Part shown: piece by piece, positions 27,228 through 35,806 of the stretch
Position numbering within the stretch: the stretch's first letter is position 1
Layout of the letters: each line of letters starts with the position of its first letter
Assembly: GCA_013362805.1 (NCBI GenBank)
Contig: JABFVL010000008.1
Coordinates: 18,465 to 82,464, forward strand
Direction of reading: 5' to 3'
DNA: 64,000 nucleotides
DNA from: Mycobacteriales bacterium
Lineage (GTDB): Bacteria; Actinomycetota; Actinomycetes; Mycobacteriales; QHCE01
The notes under the pieces: model-generated
Seen by the model: only the letters and a program-made list of their open reading frames with translations
Databases searched by the model: none
Told to the model about the DNA's origin: nothing
Program-made: the position numbers and the translations under genes

Positions 27228-27833
27228 TCAGCGATCTAGGCGACCACGGTAGGTGTGCACAGCGGCAATGAGTGCTTCTTGTTGGCCATACAGTTGCCCG
27301 GTAAGCGGGGTCCACCAATGGGAACCATCCTTGGCCACGACCCCATCCAGCTTATCGGGCTTAATGTCACCTATCTGAGTATTGAATTCCTCCACGGCGT
27401 GATCCTTGTGCTTTCGCCAGTGAGGCAACACAGTCGCCAGTAGTGGCGATGCCCCTTTCGCGGCCCACGCACTCAACACATGGCTACCCGGCGAGCGCCC
27501 TAGGTCTCTGGCAGCGGCTGTTAGTTCACGCCGTGATGGCCTTGACCAATAAGCGAGTGCCCACGATGCGGCAAGAGCCTCTTGGCGTATGTGAGCGTTG
27601 TCTTTCTCAAACTGAACTAAAACCGGATCTGTCAACTCGATGAAATGATCGTCCTCCACGACAGACCCGTTGATGACGCCTTGCACCTCGGAAAGGTCTA
27701 AATCAATCATGCTCGCATTGCCGAGCACAGCATCTGTTGCGGGCTTGAAAGGCGAACCGTCGATCATGTTAGGGAAAAGTCCGCTCCCGCATTTGTCCGA
27801 GTAACGCGCAATTCTTCGCTCAAACCGTCCCAT
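27228..27833 (-). CDS. hypothetical protein
   Basis: 201-aa ORF starting 40 nt downstream of the adnA stop on the same strand. No motif recognised. Confidence 0.5.
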   Translation of the reverse strand: MGRFERRIARYSDKCGSGLFPNMIDGSPFKPATDAVLGNASMIDLDLSEVQGVINGSVVEDDHFIELTDPVLVQFEKDNAHIRQEALAASWALAYWSRPSRRELTAAARDLGRSPGSHVLSAWAAKGASPLLATVLPHWRKHKDHAVEEFNTQIGDIKPDKLDGVVAKDGSHWWTPLTGQLYGQQEALIAAVHTYRGRLDR

Positions 27834-27873
27834 GGAATCTGACCTTTCATATCTCTGTTACAGGTTTGCGGCA

Positions 27874-30800
27874 TCATTCAGTGACCTGCGCCGAATGCAA
27901 GGGACAACAGGGTCGCAATGTGCAACCGCGGCACACAGCGGCCTCATCTCGAGCCAAAAACTCGGCAGCGGCCATGCCCACAGCAGCCTCGTCAGCCAAA
28001 TGCAGTGCCCACGTCGGATCATCAGCCGAAGCCAAGGGAGGCTGATCGCGACTCGCGGCCGCTTTCTCTGTTCCACCCAACGACACAAGCCCGGCGCCCG
28101 CCGAATGGGTTCCCGCGTCGATAAACGCACCCGCCTCGACCGCTAGCTGATACATGCCCAACTGGGGATGCTGTTGAGTTTTATCTTTCGAGGGTGTGCT
28201 TTTGCCAGTCTTAAAATCGAAAATTGTTACCCGGCCAGCCTCATCAACCTCCAAACGGTCAACCCGACCAGACAGCAAAGCATGCTCGCCCACTTCAGCA
28301 CTGAAGGCTTCTTCCACCTTCACTTTCGCGGGCGCCCGACTATTCAACCACTCCGCGAGCTTGCCAACCATGCGATGCGCGCGATCCGTGTTGCGAGCCC
28401 GTACCCAGCCCGAACCCAACTGGACCTGCGCCAACAACGAATCCAGCCGCTGGCCCATCGCCGCCACGTTGACCGGCCCAGGCGCGCCGAACTCAGCCGC
28501 CACCTCGTGCACCGCAAGACCCACGCCTTGCTCCCCGCTCGGCGGGCCATCACCACCGGCCTTTCGCAAAAACCACTTGAGGCCGCATTGCGAAAACGAC
28601 TCCACGCTGGACGGTGAAACCCGCGTGCGCTGCCCCGGCACGCCCAAGGGACGCGGATCAGAGACATCCGGCAAGCCGTACCACTGCTGCGGGTCCGCGC
28701 CGAACACTCCGGCCCGCGCCAACGAGGCCAACTGTCGCGCCGCGCCGTCCGCTTCATCGCCCCCAGCGATAACAGCGGTGCGAAGCTCAGCCACCAAACC
28801 CGACAAAGTCAAAGAACGCGGAACCTTGGTCAGCGGGCGTGGATCCTCGTCAATCAAAGGCAACAACTCATCGAGAAAACGAGATGGTTCTTCGTCTTCA
28901 CTCTCAACCGCCGTCACCACCAACGCGGATCGCGCTCGCGAGGCCGCCACGTAAAACAGACGACGCTCCTCATCCAGCAACGCGGTCAGCCGGCCGCTCG
29001 GCTCCAAGGGGCGTTGCGCCGCCAAGTCCACGATGTCTTCGGAACCCAAAATGCTGCCACGCAACCGAAGATCGGGCCACACTCCTTCATTCACACCCGC
29101 GATGAAAACCCGGTCCCACTGCCGACCCTTAGCCGAATGCGCGGTGAGCAGCTCCACCGCGTCAGCCTTACGAGCGGTCGGGGCCAATGAATCGCCAGGA
29201 AGCACATGGCCTCGAACATGGTCCAAGAACAACAGGGCACCAGCCGCTGGCATCCGATCGGTGAAACGCGCCGCCGCCTCAAACAACGCCACCACCGCGT
29301 CAAGATCTCGGTCGGCCGCCGAACCCGTGGCTCCCCCGCCCGCTGCCGCTCGCTGCCACTGTTCAGCCAACCCGGTGGCTTGCCACAAAGCCCACAACAC
29401 TTGTTCCGCTGTGCCACCGGCTGCCTCTCTAGCCGCCCGCAACACATTCGCGACCCGATACGCCGGTTCTGACCAGTGCTTATCCACCGCCGCCAACTCA
29501 GCGGGGTCCAACAAAGCCTGGGCAAGCAATACATCAGGGGGAGCTGGCTGCTCGGCGCGCTGCGCCAAGTCACGAAGCTCGTGGCGGAGTCGACGCAGCA
29601 ACAGCGAATCGGCTCCGCCGATGGGCGACATCAACAGTGCCAGCGCGGCATCGGGGTCCAAAGTCTCCGGTTGCAAAGCGCACCGCAAGGCCAACATCAG
29701 TGTGCGCACCGCTGGTTGTTCCAGTAGCGGAACCTCATCACCATCGACAAACGCCGGCACCCCAGCCAGAGCCAACCCTCGGCGCAATGCCGCGAGTTGT
29801 CGGGCTCCAGCGCGCACGATGACCGCCATATCACGGTATGGGACATTTTCGAGCAGGTGCGCGTGACGCAAACGGTAAGCGATATATGCCGCCTGTTGCG
29901 CCTCCGTGGCCAAAGTGTGGACTTCAGCCGAACCCGAAACCTCCGCTAGCGGACGCAGCGCCGGGGTCACCGGCCCGCGAATCCGATCCGACACGCCCGC
30001 GATGGGGTTCAACAAACCAGCGTGCATACGCCAACTCGCGGCCAACTCCACAGTAGGTGCCGGCTCACCGGTCACCTGAGCGAACGTGTCCGGGAATCGA
30101 TGCAACGCGCCAGCATCAGTTCCCCGGAAGGCGAAAATAGACTGTTGCGCATCGCCGAACGCCACCACAAAACGGCCGCCCTGACACAACAGCCGCAAAA
30201 GCTCTTCTTGACCTGGGTCAATGTCTTGATACTCATCAACGAACACGTATTCGCATCGTGTTCGTTCAGCGGCCAACAACTCGGGATCATGACGCAACGC
30301 GGCAGTGGCAGCGCGAATCAATTCGGCCGGGTCATATGCGGGCCCGCCACCTTGACTGGCGGCCCGAGCGGCGTCGCGCAACTCGGTGACGTCGGCGTAT
30401 TGCTGCATGAACCGAGCCGCGGCCCGCCAGTCGTCACGTTGATGCTCAATGCTCCAGTGCTCGAATTGCACTGGATCTATACCGCGTTCGTAGCATCGCA
30501 GCAGCAAATCGCGCAATTCGGCAGCGAAACCACGCGTGCCCAACACCTGCAAATATCGTTCAGGCCACGTCACTCCGATGCCCGCCGCATCCCCGGCGAG
30601 TAGATCGCGAATCATCAAGTCTTGTTCCGGACCCGACAGCAAACGTGGTGCCGCCCATCCGTTGGAAGCCGCGACCCGCCGCAACACCCCAAAAGCGTAT
30701 GAGTGGAAAGTGCGAGCCAATGGCTCCACAGTGGTGCGAGCCATCCGGGTGACGATGCGTTCCCGCAACTGCGATGCGGCTCTGCGCCCAAATGTCAGGA

Positions 30801-31023
30801 TGAGCATGCGGCTCGGATCAGCTCCGGCCGCGATGCGTTGGGCGACCGCTTCGACGAGCACCGAAGTTTTTCCCGTTCCTGGACCACCAATGACCCGAAG
30901 TGGCCCACGCTCATGCGCTGTCACTATTCGTTGTGCGTCGTCAGGTTCAAATTTCGTGTGCCGCGGCTGAACCCTAGTCAGTTGATAGCGCGGTTCAGTA
31001 GCAGAGCTCACGGCCGCCATCAC
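27874..31023 (-). CDS. adnA: ATP-dependent helicase-nuclease subunit AdnA-like (UvrD-type motor, RecB-type nuclease with 4-Cys motif)
   Basis: 1049 aa with LRVIGGPGTGKTSVLVEAV, VDEYQDIDPGQ, a C-terminal GRVDRLE...FDFKTG nuclease core, and Cys pattern SQCGLKW...CRGCTLRPC (C-Xn-C-X2-C-X5-C). Confidence 0.85.
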   Translation of the reverse strand: MMAAVSSATEPRYQLTRVQPRHTKFEPDDAQRIVTAHERGPLRVIGGPGTGKTSVLVEAVAQRIAAGADPSRMLILTFGRRAASQLRERIVTRMARTTVEPLARTFHSYAFGVLRRVAASNGWAAPRLLSGPEQDLMIRDLLAGDAAGIGVTWPERYLQVLGTRGFAAELRDLLLRCYERGIDPVQFEHWSIEHQRDDWRAAARFMQQYADVTELRDAARAASQGGGPAYDPAELIRAATAALRHDPELLAAERTRCEYVFVDEYQDIDPGQEELLRLLCQGGRFVVAFGDAQQSIFAFRGTDAGALHRFPDTFAQVTGEPAPTVELAASWRMHAGLLNPIAGVSDRIRGPVTPALRPLAEVSGSAEVHTLATEAQQAAYIAYRLRHAHLLENVPYRDMAVIVRAGARQLAALRRGLALAGVPAFVDGDEVPLLEQPAVRTLMLALRCALQPETLDPDAALALLMSPIGGADSLLLRRLRHELRDLAQRAEQPAPPDVLLAQALLDPAELAAVDKHWSEPAYRVANVLRAAREAAGGTAEQVLWALWQATGLAEQWQRAAAGGGATGSAADRDLDAVVALFEAAARFTDRMPAAGALLFLDHVRGHVLPGDSLAPTARKADAVELLTAHSAKGRQWDRVFIAGVNEGVWPDLRLRGSILGSEDIVDLAAQRPLEPSGRLTALLDEERRLFYVAASRARSALVVTAVESEDEEPSRFLDELLPLIDEDPRPLTKVPRSLTLSGLVAELRTAVIAGGDEADGAARQLASLARAGVFGADPQQWYGLPDVSDPRPLGVPGQRTRVSPSSVESFSQCGLKWFLRKAGGDGPPSGEQGVGLAVHEVAAEFGAPGPVNVAAMGQRLDSLLAQVQLGSGWVRARNTDRAHRMVGKLAEWLNSRAPAKVKVEEAFSAEVGEHALLSGRVDRLEVDEAGRVTIFDFKTGKSTPSKDKTQQHPQLGMYQLAVEAGAFIDAGTHSAGAGLVSLGGTEKAAASRDQPPLASADDPTWALHLADEAAVGMAAAEFLARDEAAVCRGCTLRPCCPLHSAQVTE

Positions 31024-31059
31024 ATCACACCGTTACGACATTTGCTCGCACTAACCGCT

Positions 31060-31449
31060 TCAGCTGTACCGAAGTCGTCTTGTTGCCGCACTCGGCGGCT
31101 CATTATGCGGGCCAACTTGCGGCCATGCCATCGGACCGGTGGCGTGTGTAGTAGTGCCCTTTGGCGAAATGGGTGGAGCTAGTCGTGCATTTATTTGCGC
31201 TAATAGCACCGCATCTGTTGTTCCGTTCTCTGTTGCCTTAGCGGTGAGATAGATAACCAGAAATTCCTTCAGCGCATCCAGGTGTTCCAAGGGATTGGGC
31301 AGCTCAGCGGCAACTTCGAGAAGCTTATTCACATATTGACCCGCTGATTCGTAATGTTTACCTTCAGGCACCAGAAACGCCAAAGCTTCGCGTATTTGGT
31401 CCATTTCGGCCAGCCGGGTTGTCAGAGGTGGCTCTTGTTGTTCGTCCAT
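31060..31449 (-). CDS. hypothetical protein (paralogue of 31550..32083)
   Basis: 129 aa with a helical N-terminal part and a Pro-rich tail. It shares the segment LLEVAAELPNPLEHLDALKEFL with LLAMAEQLPHPGRYEMGFLGMM in the neighbour. AT-richer than adnA. Confidence 0.5.
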   Translation of the reverse strand: MDEQQEPPLTTRLAEMDQIREALAFLVPEGKHYESAGQYVNKLLEVAAELPNPLEHLDALKEFLVIYLTAKATENGTTDAVLLAQINARLAPPISPKGTTTHATGPMAWPQVGPHNEPPSAATRRLRYS

Positions 31450-31549
31450 TAAATTCCCCTTGACCGCGTCACATACAAAAGTTGAAGAATGGAAAATGAC
31501 CGCCGAGCATTGCCAACATCGGGCATAAAGTCAACCGCCCAATGACTAT

Positions 31550-32083
31550 TTAATGGCGGACACCAGCTCCAACGGGCGCGGCGCTTCCCCGCATGCTCAC
31601 CGGCCCCACGGCAAAGTGCGTTGGCCCATCGGGAGCAGCGATGTTTGATGCTTTCGGTGCTGGTGAAGGTGCCGCGGGAATTCCAGGTACCAGACCATCT
31701 ATCTGACACTGCATCATCCCGAGAAAGCCCATTTCGTATCTACCTGGATGAGGAAGCTGTTCTGCCATCGCGAGAAGGGTACGAGCGAAGTCGCGGGACG
31801 TTTCACCCGCATCCGTCCCCTTAATCATCTGGAGCAAGCTGGCCCGGATGTCCAAGAGCTCGCCATGAGGCAAATATCTTTCAAGTGGGTCTTCATCCAG
31901 GCGCGCATATTCCGATAGGTCGGGTGCGTTGGCTGGTCCACGACCGTATCGCGCAACACTTTCCATTGCCTCATCGTGAAACAAGGCAGTGAAGGCACCG
32001 GTGACTCCGCCTCTTGCAAAGGCGGCTCTTAAACCTTGACTACTTCTTTTGTTGTATTCGCCCATCGCAACCGCGGCCCCCAC
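31550..32083 (-). CDS. hypothetical protein (paralogue of 31060..31449)
   Basis: 177 aa with the same layout (helical core, then a P/A-rich tail). No motif recognised. Confidence 0.5.
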   Translation of the reverse strand: MGAAVAMGEYNKRSSQGLRAAFARGGVTGAFTALFHDEAMESVARYGRGPANAPDLSEYARLDEDPLERYLPHGELLDIRASLLQMIKGTDAGETSRDFARTLLAMAEQLPHPGRYEMGFLGMMQCQIDGLVPGIPAAPSPAPKASNIAAPDGPTHFAVGPVSMRGSAAPVGAGVRH

Positions 32084-32151
32084 TCAGTTCACTATGAGCA
32101 TAAGTGTCTCATAGCGAGTGAGCGGGAACCGCTAGTAACCCCACTTTGGTG

Positions 32152-33246
32152 TTACAGCTCGTCAAGAGCCGCCGCCGCTGTTTTGGCCGCCGAACCAATG
32201 TTCACCAAATAGTCATCCGCCAAGCCCTCTTGGCTAGCCCGCGCCGCTACCACCAAAGCCGACAAAGCCGCAAAATCAGGTACCGCGTCAGTCAATGCGG
32301 ACACCACCCGAGGGTCCCGCTGAAAGAAATAGCCCCGAGCCATCTCGGCCGCCGCATCATTAACCGCCAACGAAACAACCGCACGCCCGGCACCGGCCGC
32401 CTCCATCATGGTGGTAGAGGCCCATGACACCAAGGCGCCCGACCAAGCGATGTCCTCGCTCAGTTCAGTGCCCGCAGTGATGTGCTTCTTCGTCGCCGCC
32501 CCGATCGGCAACGCGTCGAAGGCATCGGCCTCTGCCGGGTGCAAACGAACCGCGAAATCACCCTCTGGCGCCGAGAGCGCGATGCGCTCGACAAACTCGT
32601 ACCACTTCGTGGCCGCCACCGGGCCACCAATCGCTGCATGATCCATCGGCTGCGAACACAGCAAAATCCGGCCGGCATGCGGCGGTTCAATATTGGCGAG
32701 ATCATCCGAACGCGGATTGCCTGACTCGATGATTAACTCAGCGCCACGATCCGCGAACACCGGGCTCCACGCCGGGCCCCACGACAAAGCGAGCTCAGGG
32801 CGGCACGCGCCCATTTCGCCATGACGGCCAGCGACAAAACCAACCCCGCGCAACATCGCGTCAGCCACCGGCACCAAACCACCGAGCATGCTTCGCCCGG
32901 TCACTTTTCCGCCACTTACCGCACCATCGGGCAGAAACGCGATTTTGATGCGCTTACGACGAGCAGCGGCAATAGCCCGGCGATACACCAAGCCCACGTC
33001 CTGAGGAGTCACCAGCACGCCGCCCGGATTGGCCTTCGCCCATGCGGCAGTCGCCTTAGAGACCGAACTAAGCCGATCGACGGTGACCGGCGCCATGTGG
33101 CCAGGCAACTTCACCTCAGCGAGCGGCCCCACGCTGCCATCCCAAATGTTCAACGCTTGCGCGGGACGCACCAAATGCGTCACCACCCGACGCGCCGAAT
33201 CAAGTTGCACACCAGAACCGACGACAAACAGGACAGCCGAGGACAC
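32152..33246 (-). CDS. putative polysaccharide-biosynthesis transferase (GT-B/TagF-like), uncertain
   Basis: 364 aa, soluble. It overlaps the upstream membrane-protein gene by 1 nt. The layout (ILLCSQP...VRLHPAE) is reminiscent of capsule/teichoic-type transferases. The assignment is weak. Confidence 0.45.
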   Translation of the reverse strand: MSSAVLFVVGSGVQLDSARRVVTHLVRPAQALNIWDGSVGPLAEVKLPGHMAPVTVDRLSSVSKATAAWAKANPGGVLVTPQDVGLVYRRAIAAARRKRIKIAFLPDGAVSGGKVTGRSMLGGLVPVADAMLRGVGFVAGRHGEMGACRPELALSWGPAWSPVFADRGAELIIESGNPRSDDLANIEPPHAGRILLCSQPMDHAAIGGPVAATKWYEFVERIALSAPEGDFAVRLHPAEADAFDALPIGAATKKHITAGTELSEDIAWSGALVSWASTTMMEAAGAGRAVVSLAVNDAAAEMARGYFFQRDPRVVSALTDAVPDFAALSALVVAARASQEGLADDYLVNIGSAAKTAAAALDEL

Positions 33247-35435
33247 TACACGGGCTCCTTACTGTGAACTTCGGGCTTCGTCGGCGAGGATTCACCACGT
33301 AGCCATGCCAGGCTATCGCTGATTCGAGCCCGCAATGGATAAGGCTTTTCGCTGGCGAGCAACGCTAGGGCTGCCAAGAACCACACCACAACCGCGAATC
33401 TGGCATTCCGCAAGTTGGGATTGACCGCTTCCAAAGCGGTGGCGGTGGCAAGTATCGCCCATAGCCACCACAAATATCCGCGGTGTCTCATTGCCAGCAA
33501 CGGAATCGCGTACAACAAAATCAAGCCAAGAGCGCCAGCGTCGACTTGCAACCACAGGAACCCGTTGTGTGGGTCAATGCCCACCACCAACTCCTTGTTG
33601 GCATCGCTCTTGTCCCAGCCCCACCCGTTCCAGCCAGTTCCAAGAATCGGATTATCTTGGCTGATTTCCAACGCGGCAAAAGCCAAAGTTCGACGAGTAC
33701 CCGCGGATTCACCGCCTAGATCTTTTCCGGTTTCCGGATCGCTGCTCGCACGCTCTGGTTCTTCCCCACCACGCGATTCGGGAAGCTGCGCACTAATAAA
33801 ACCCGGTGTCAATGTCTGGAATCGCGGATTGATCACTGGCAGAGCGGTCACTGTGACCAAACCAAGAACCATGGCTGCCAAAGCACCGGCGCCAACAGCT
33901 TTGACAGCTCGTTGAGTGGGCCACAGGCGCCGAATCAACAACAGAACGATAGGGATCTCGGCGATCAGCAACGCCACGATCATGGCTATGCGCACTTCGG
34001 TGAAGCTGATACCGATCAGCAAGATCACCACGAGTGCGACGGTCCACCGGATGCTGATATCGATGAGGCGTCGCGCGAAGATCAGCAACGCGATAGCCAG
34101 GCAGAAGTAGTTCGCCAAAATATTGTTGCCCCAACCGGGCAACGCGGGGCGACCATCGACAATCAGCGGATAACTGGCCACGCTGAATTGCAATGCCCCT
34201 CGGGCGGCTATGGCCGCGAGAACCGTGCCCCCCGCCAAGACAGCGCCCGCGGCAACCGCGGCTCTGGTTCCGTCGCGCAATGTCGTGTCCCAGCCGTTGC
34301 GACGCACGACCGCACTGGTCAACCACAAAATTCCGATAGCCCGCAATGGCATCGTGGCACCTTGGAAACTCGCTTCCAAGCTCTGCCCGGCACCGAAAAA
34401 AGCGCCAACGACGATCGGATAACAGGCAAGGAGTCCTAGCGCCGCCATCCAATACCCAAGTAGTCGGCTTGGGCGGCCGGGCCGCAGATAGATCAGCGCC
34501 GCGATGAGGATCAGGTCAGCGAGCAGCAACAAGTCTCGTGAACGCACCGCGTAGTCGCTATCGGGGAAGATCGTGACCTGCGGCAAAATATTGTCGGCTG
34601 GAGCGGGCGCGAGCAGGTAGGCCAACATGACAACTACAAGCACATTGCCCTTACTCAACCACCAACTGGCCAACACAAAAGCGATGAAGCCGACGAACGC
34701 CAACGGGACAACATATTCAGTGTCTTGGATCTGTAGCGCCGCGCCAACACCAGATATCGCGGCAAGCCCAAGCCCGGCAATTTCCCATGGCCAGACACGG
34801 GTGGGACGTGACGTCGCATTCGTGGGGAACATGGCCAGCGCCACCACGGCGCCAGCAACCACCGCCCCGGTAAGAGCCGCCCCAGCAACCGTGCGGGATG
34901 AGCTTGCGAACATAGCTTCGGGCGCGCTCACATCACGAACCGTCAACACACCTGGTCGCACGTCGGGCGGGAAGACAAATGTGCCAGCGTTCCTGGAAGC
35001 GAGATCAAAGGCTTCTTCGGCAAGCGCCTGCGCGTCCTGGGGGGTTTTCGCCTCCACATGCCAAGACAATTCGCCGTAGCCCGGCCCGGCTCGCCAATGC
35101 GCTTTCGCGTCACGTTGGCGCGCGTCAGAGCGAAGCCCGTCGGCCGCCGGCGCGTCGTTGAGCTGGCGCGCGGTTTGTTCGGCGACAATGCTGCGGTTGT
35201 GGCTCACGAACTCGACATCCGGTGAGCGTTTTTTCGCATAGAAAGTGGCGTTGGCTTCGTAGCGCTGCTCGGGCTGTCCCGCGACGAAGTAGCCGGCTGC
35301 GCCCGCTATGACAGCTCCAATGAGCGCCCAAAGTGCAACACGGACTGCGCGGGCCATCATGGCGCGATCTTCCCATAGGCGTTTCCGGCCGTTCGCCCTG
35401 CTACGGGTTCCACGCATACTGCCGCATATCGACAT
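33246..35435 (-). CDS. fusion of a Wzz-like chain-length-determinant domain with an O-antigen ligase/polymerase-type membrane domain
   Basis: The N-terminus has one TM, a periplasmic-type domain of about 170 aa, then a second TM (Wzz-like layout). This is followed by about 10 TM helices and the loop IDPHNGFLWLQVDAGALGL typical of O-antigen ligase/Wzy_C. The probable start is MMARAV at 35360. Confidence 0.65.
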   Translation of the reverse strand: MSICGSMRGTRSRANGRKRLWEDRAMMARAVRVALWALIGAVIAGAAGYFVAGQPEQRYEANATFYAKKRSPDVEFVSHNRSIVAEQTARQLNDAPAADGLRSDARQRDAKAHWRAGPGYGELSWHVEAKTPQDAQALAEEAFDLASRNAGTFVFPPDVRPGVLTVRDVSAPEAMFASSSRTVAGAALTGAVVAGAVVALAMFPTNATSRPTRVWPWEIAGLGLAAISGVGAALQIQDTEYVVPLAFVGFIAFVLASWWLSKGNVLVVVMLAYLLAPAPADNILPQVTIFPDSDYAVRSRDLLLLADLILIAALIYLRPGRPSRLLGYWMAALGLLACYPIVVGAFFGAGQSLEASFQGATMPLRAIGILWLTSAVVRRNGWDTTLRDGTRAAVAAGAVLAGGTVLAAIAARGALQFSVASYPLIVDGRPALPGWGNNILANYFCLAIALLIFARRLIDISIRWTVALVVILLIGISFTEVRIAMIVALLIAEIPIVLLLIRRLWPTQRAVKAVGAGALAAMVLGLVTVTALPVINPRFQTLTPGFISAQLPESRGGEEPERASSDPETGKDLGGESAGTRRTLAFAALEISQDNPILGTGWNGWGWDKSDANKELVVGIDPHNGFLWLQVDAGALGLILLYAIPLLAMRHRGYLWWLWAILATATALEAVNPNLRNARFAVVVWFLAALALLASEKPYPLRARISDSLAWLRGESSPTKPEVHSKEPV

Positions 35436-35694
35436 GTTCGCTGTGAAATGTCACCCCTTCGGCGCTGAGGTGGTCTCGCGCACGCTGCTCATGGCCTGGT
35501 GGGAGCCGTCCATTCGCGGCCACGACGCGGTACCAGGGAACTCCGCCACCATGCCATGCCATCACCCGGCCCACTTGGCGCGCCGAACAACGCATCCCAG
35601 CTTCCACGAGCACGGCGGCAATCGCGCCATAAGACATCACTCGTCCCTCCGGAATACTCTCAACCACTTTCAACACTTCTTCAGTGATATCCAC
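35401..35694 (-). CDS. alkyltransferase-like (Atl/MGMT DNA-binding domain) protein
   Basis: 97 aa. IPEGRVMSYGAIAA...VPWYRVVAANG has Trp in place of the catalytic Cys of the PCHRV motif. Confidence 0.8.
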   Translation of the reverse strand: MDITEEVLKVVESIPEGRVMSYGAIAAVLVEAGMRCSARQVGRVMAWHGGGVPWYRVVAANGRLPPGHEQRARDHLSAEGVTFHSEHVDMRQYAWNP

Positions 35695-35806
35695 GGCGCC
35701 ATTGTCCCCGAAGTCATATCAACAGCCCGCCCATTGCGCGCGTCTCAGATAAGTGGCGCAGTAATCTACACAACAGAAGGCGAACGAACAGAGAGAGCAA
35801 ACACGC

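Noticed and set aside
28196-29866. Two long plus-strand ORFs (252 and 277 aa)
   Set aside because: They are antisense to the adnA-like gene. The products are Ser/Ala/Arg/Pro low-complexity sequence typical of GC-rich antisense frames.
33793-34452. 219-aa minus-strand alternative-frame ORF and several plus-strand ORFs within the Wzz/ligase gene
   Set aside because: The products are Arg/Gly/His-rich. The overlapping frame encodes coherent TM helices.
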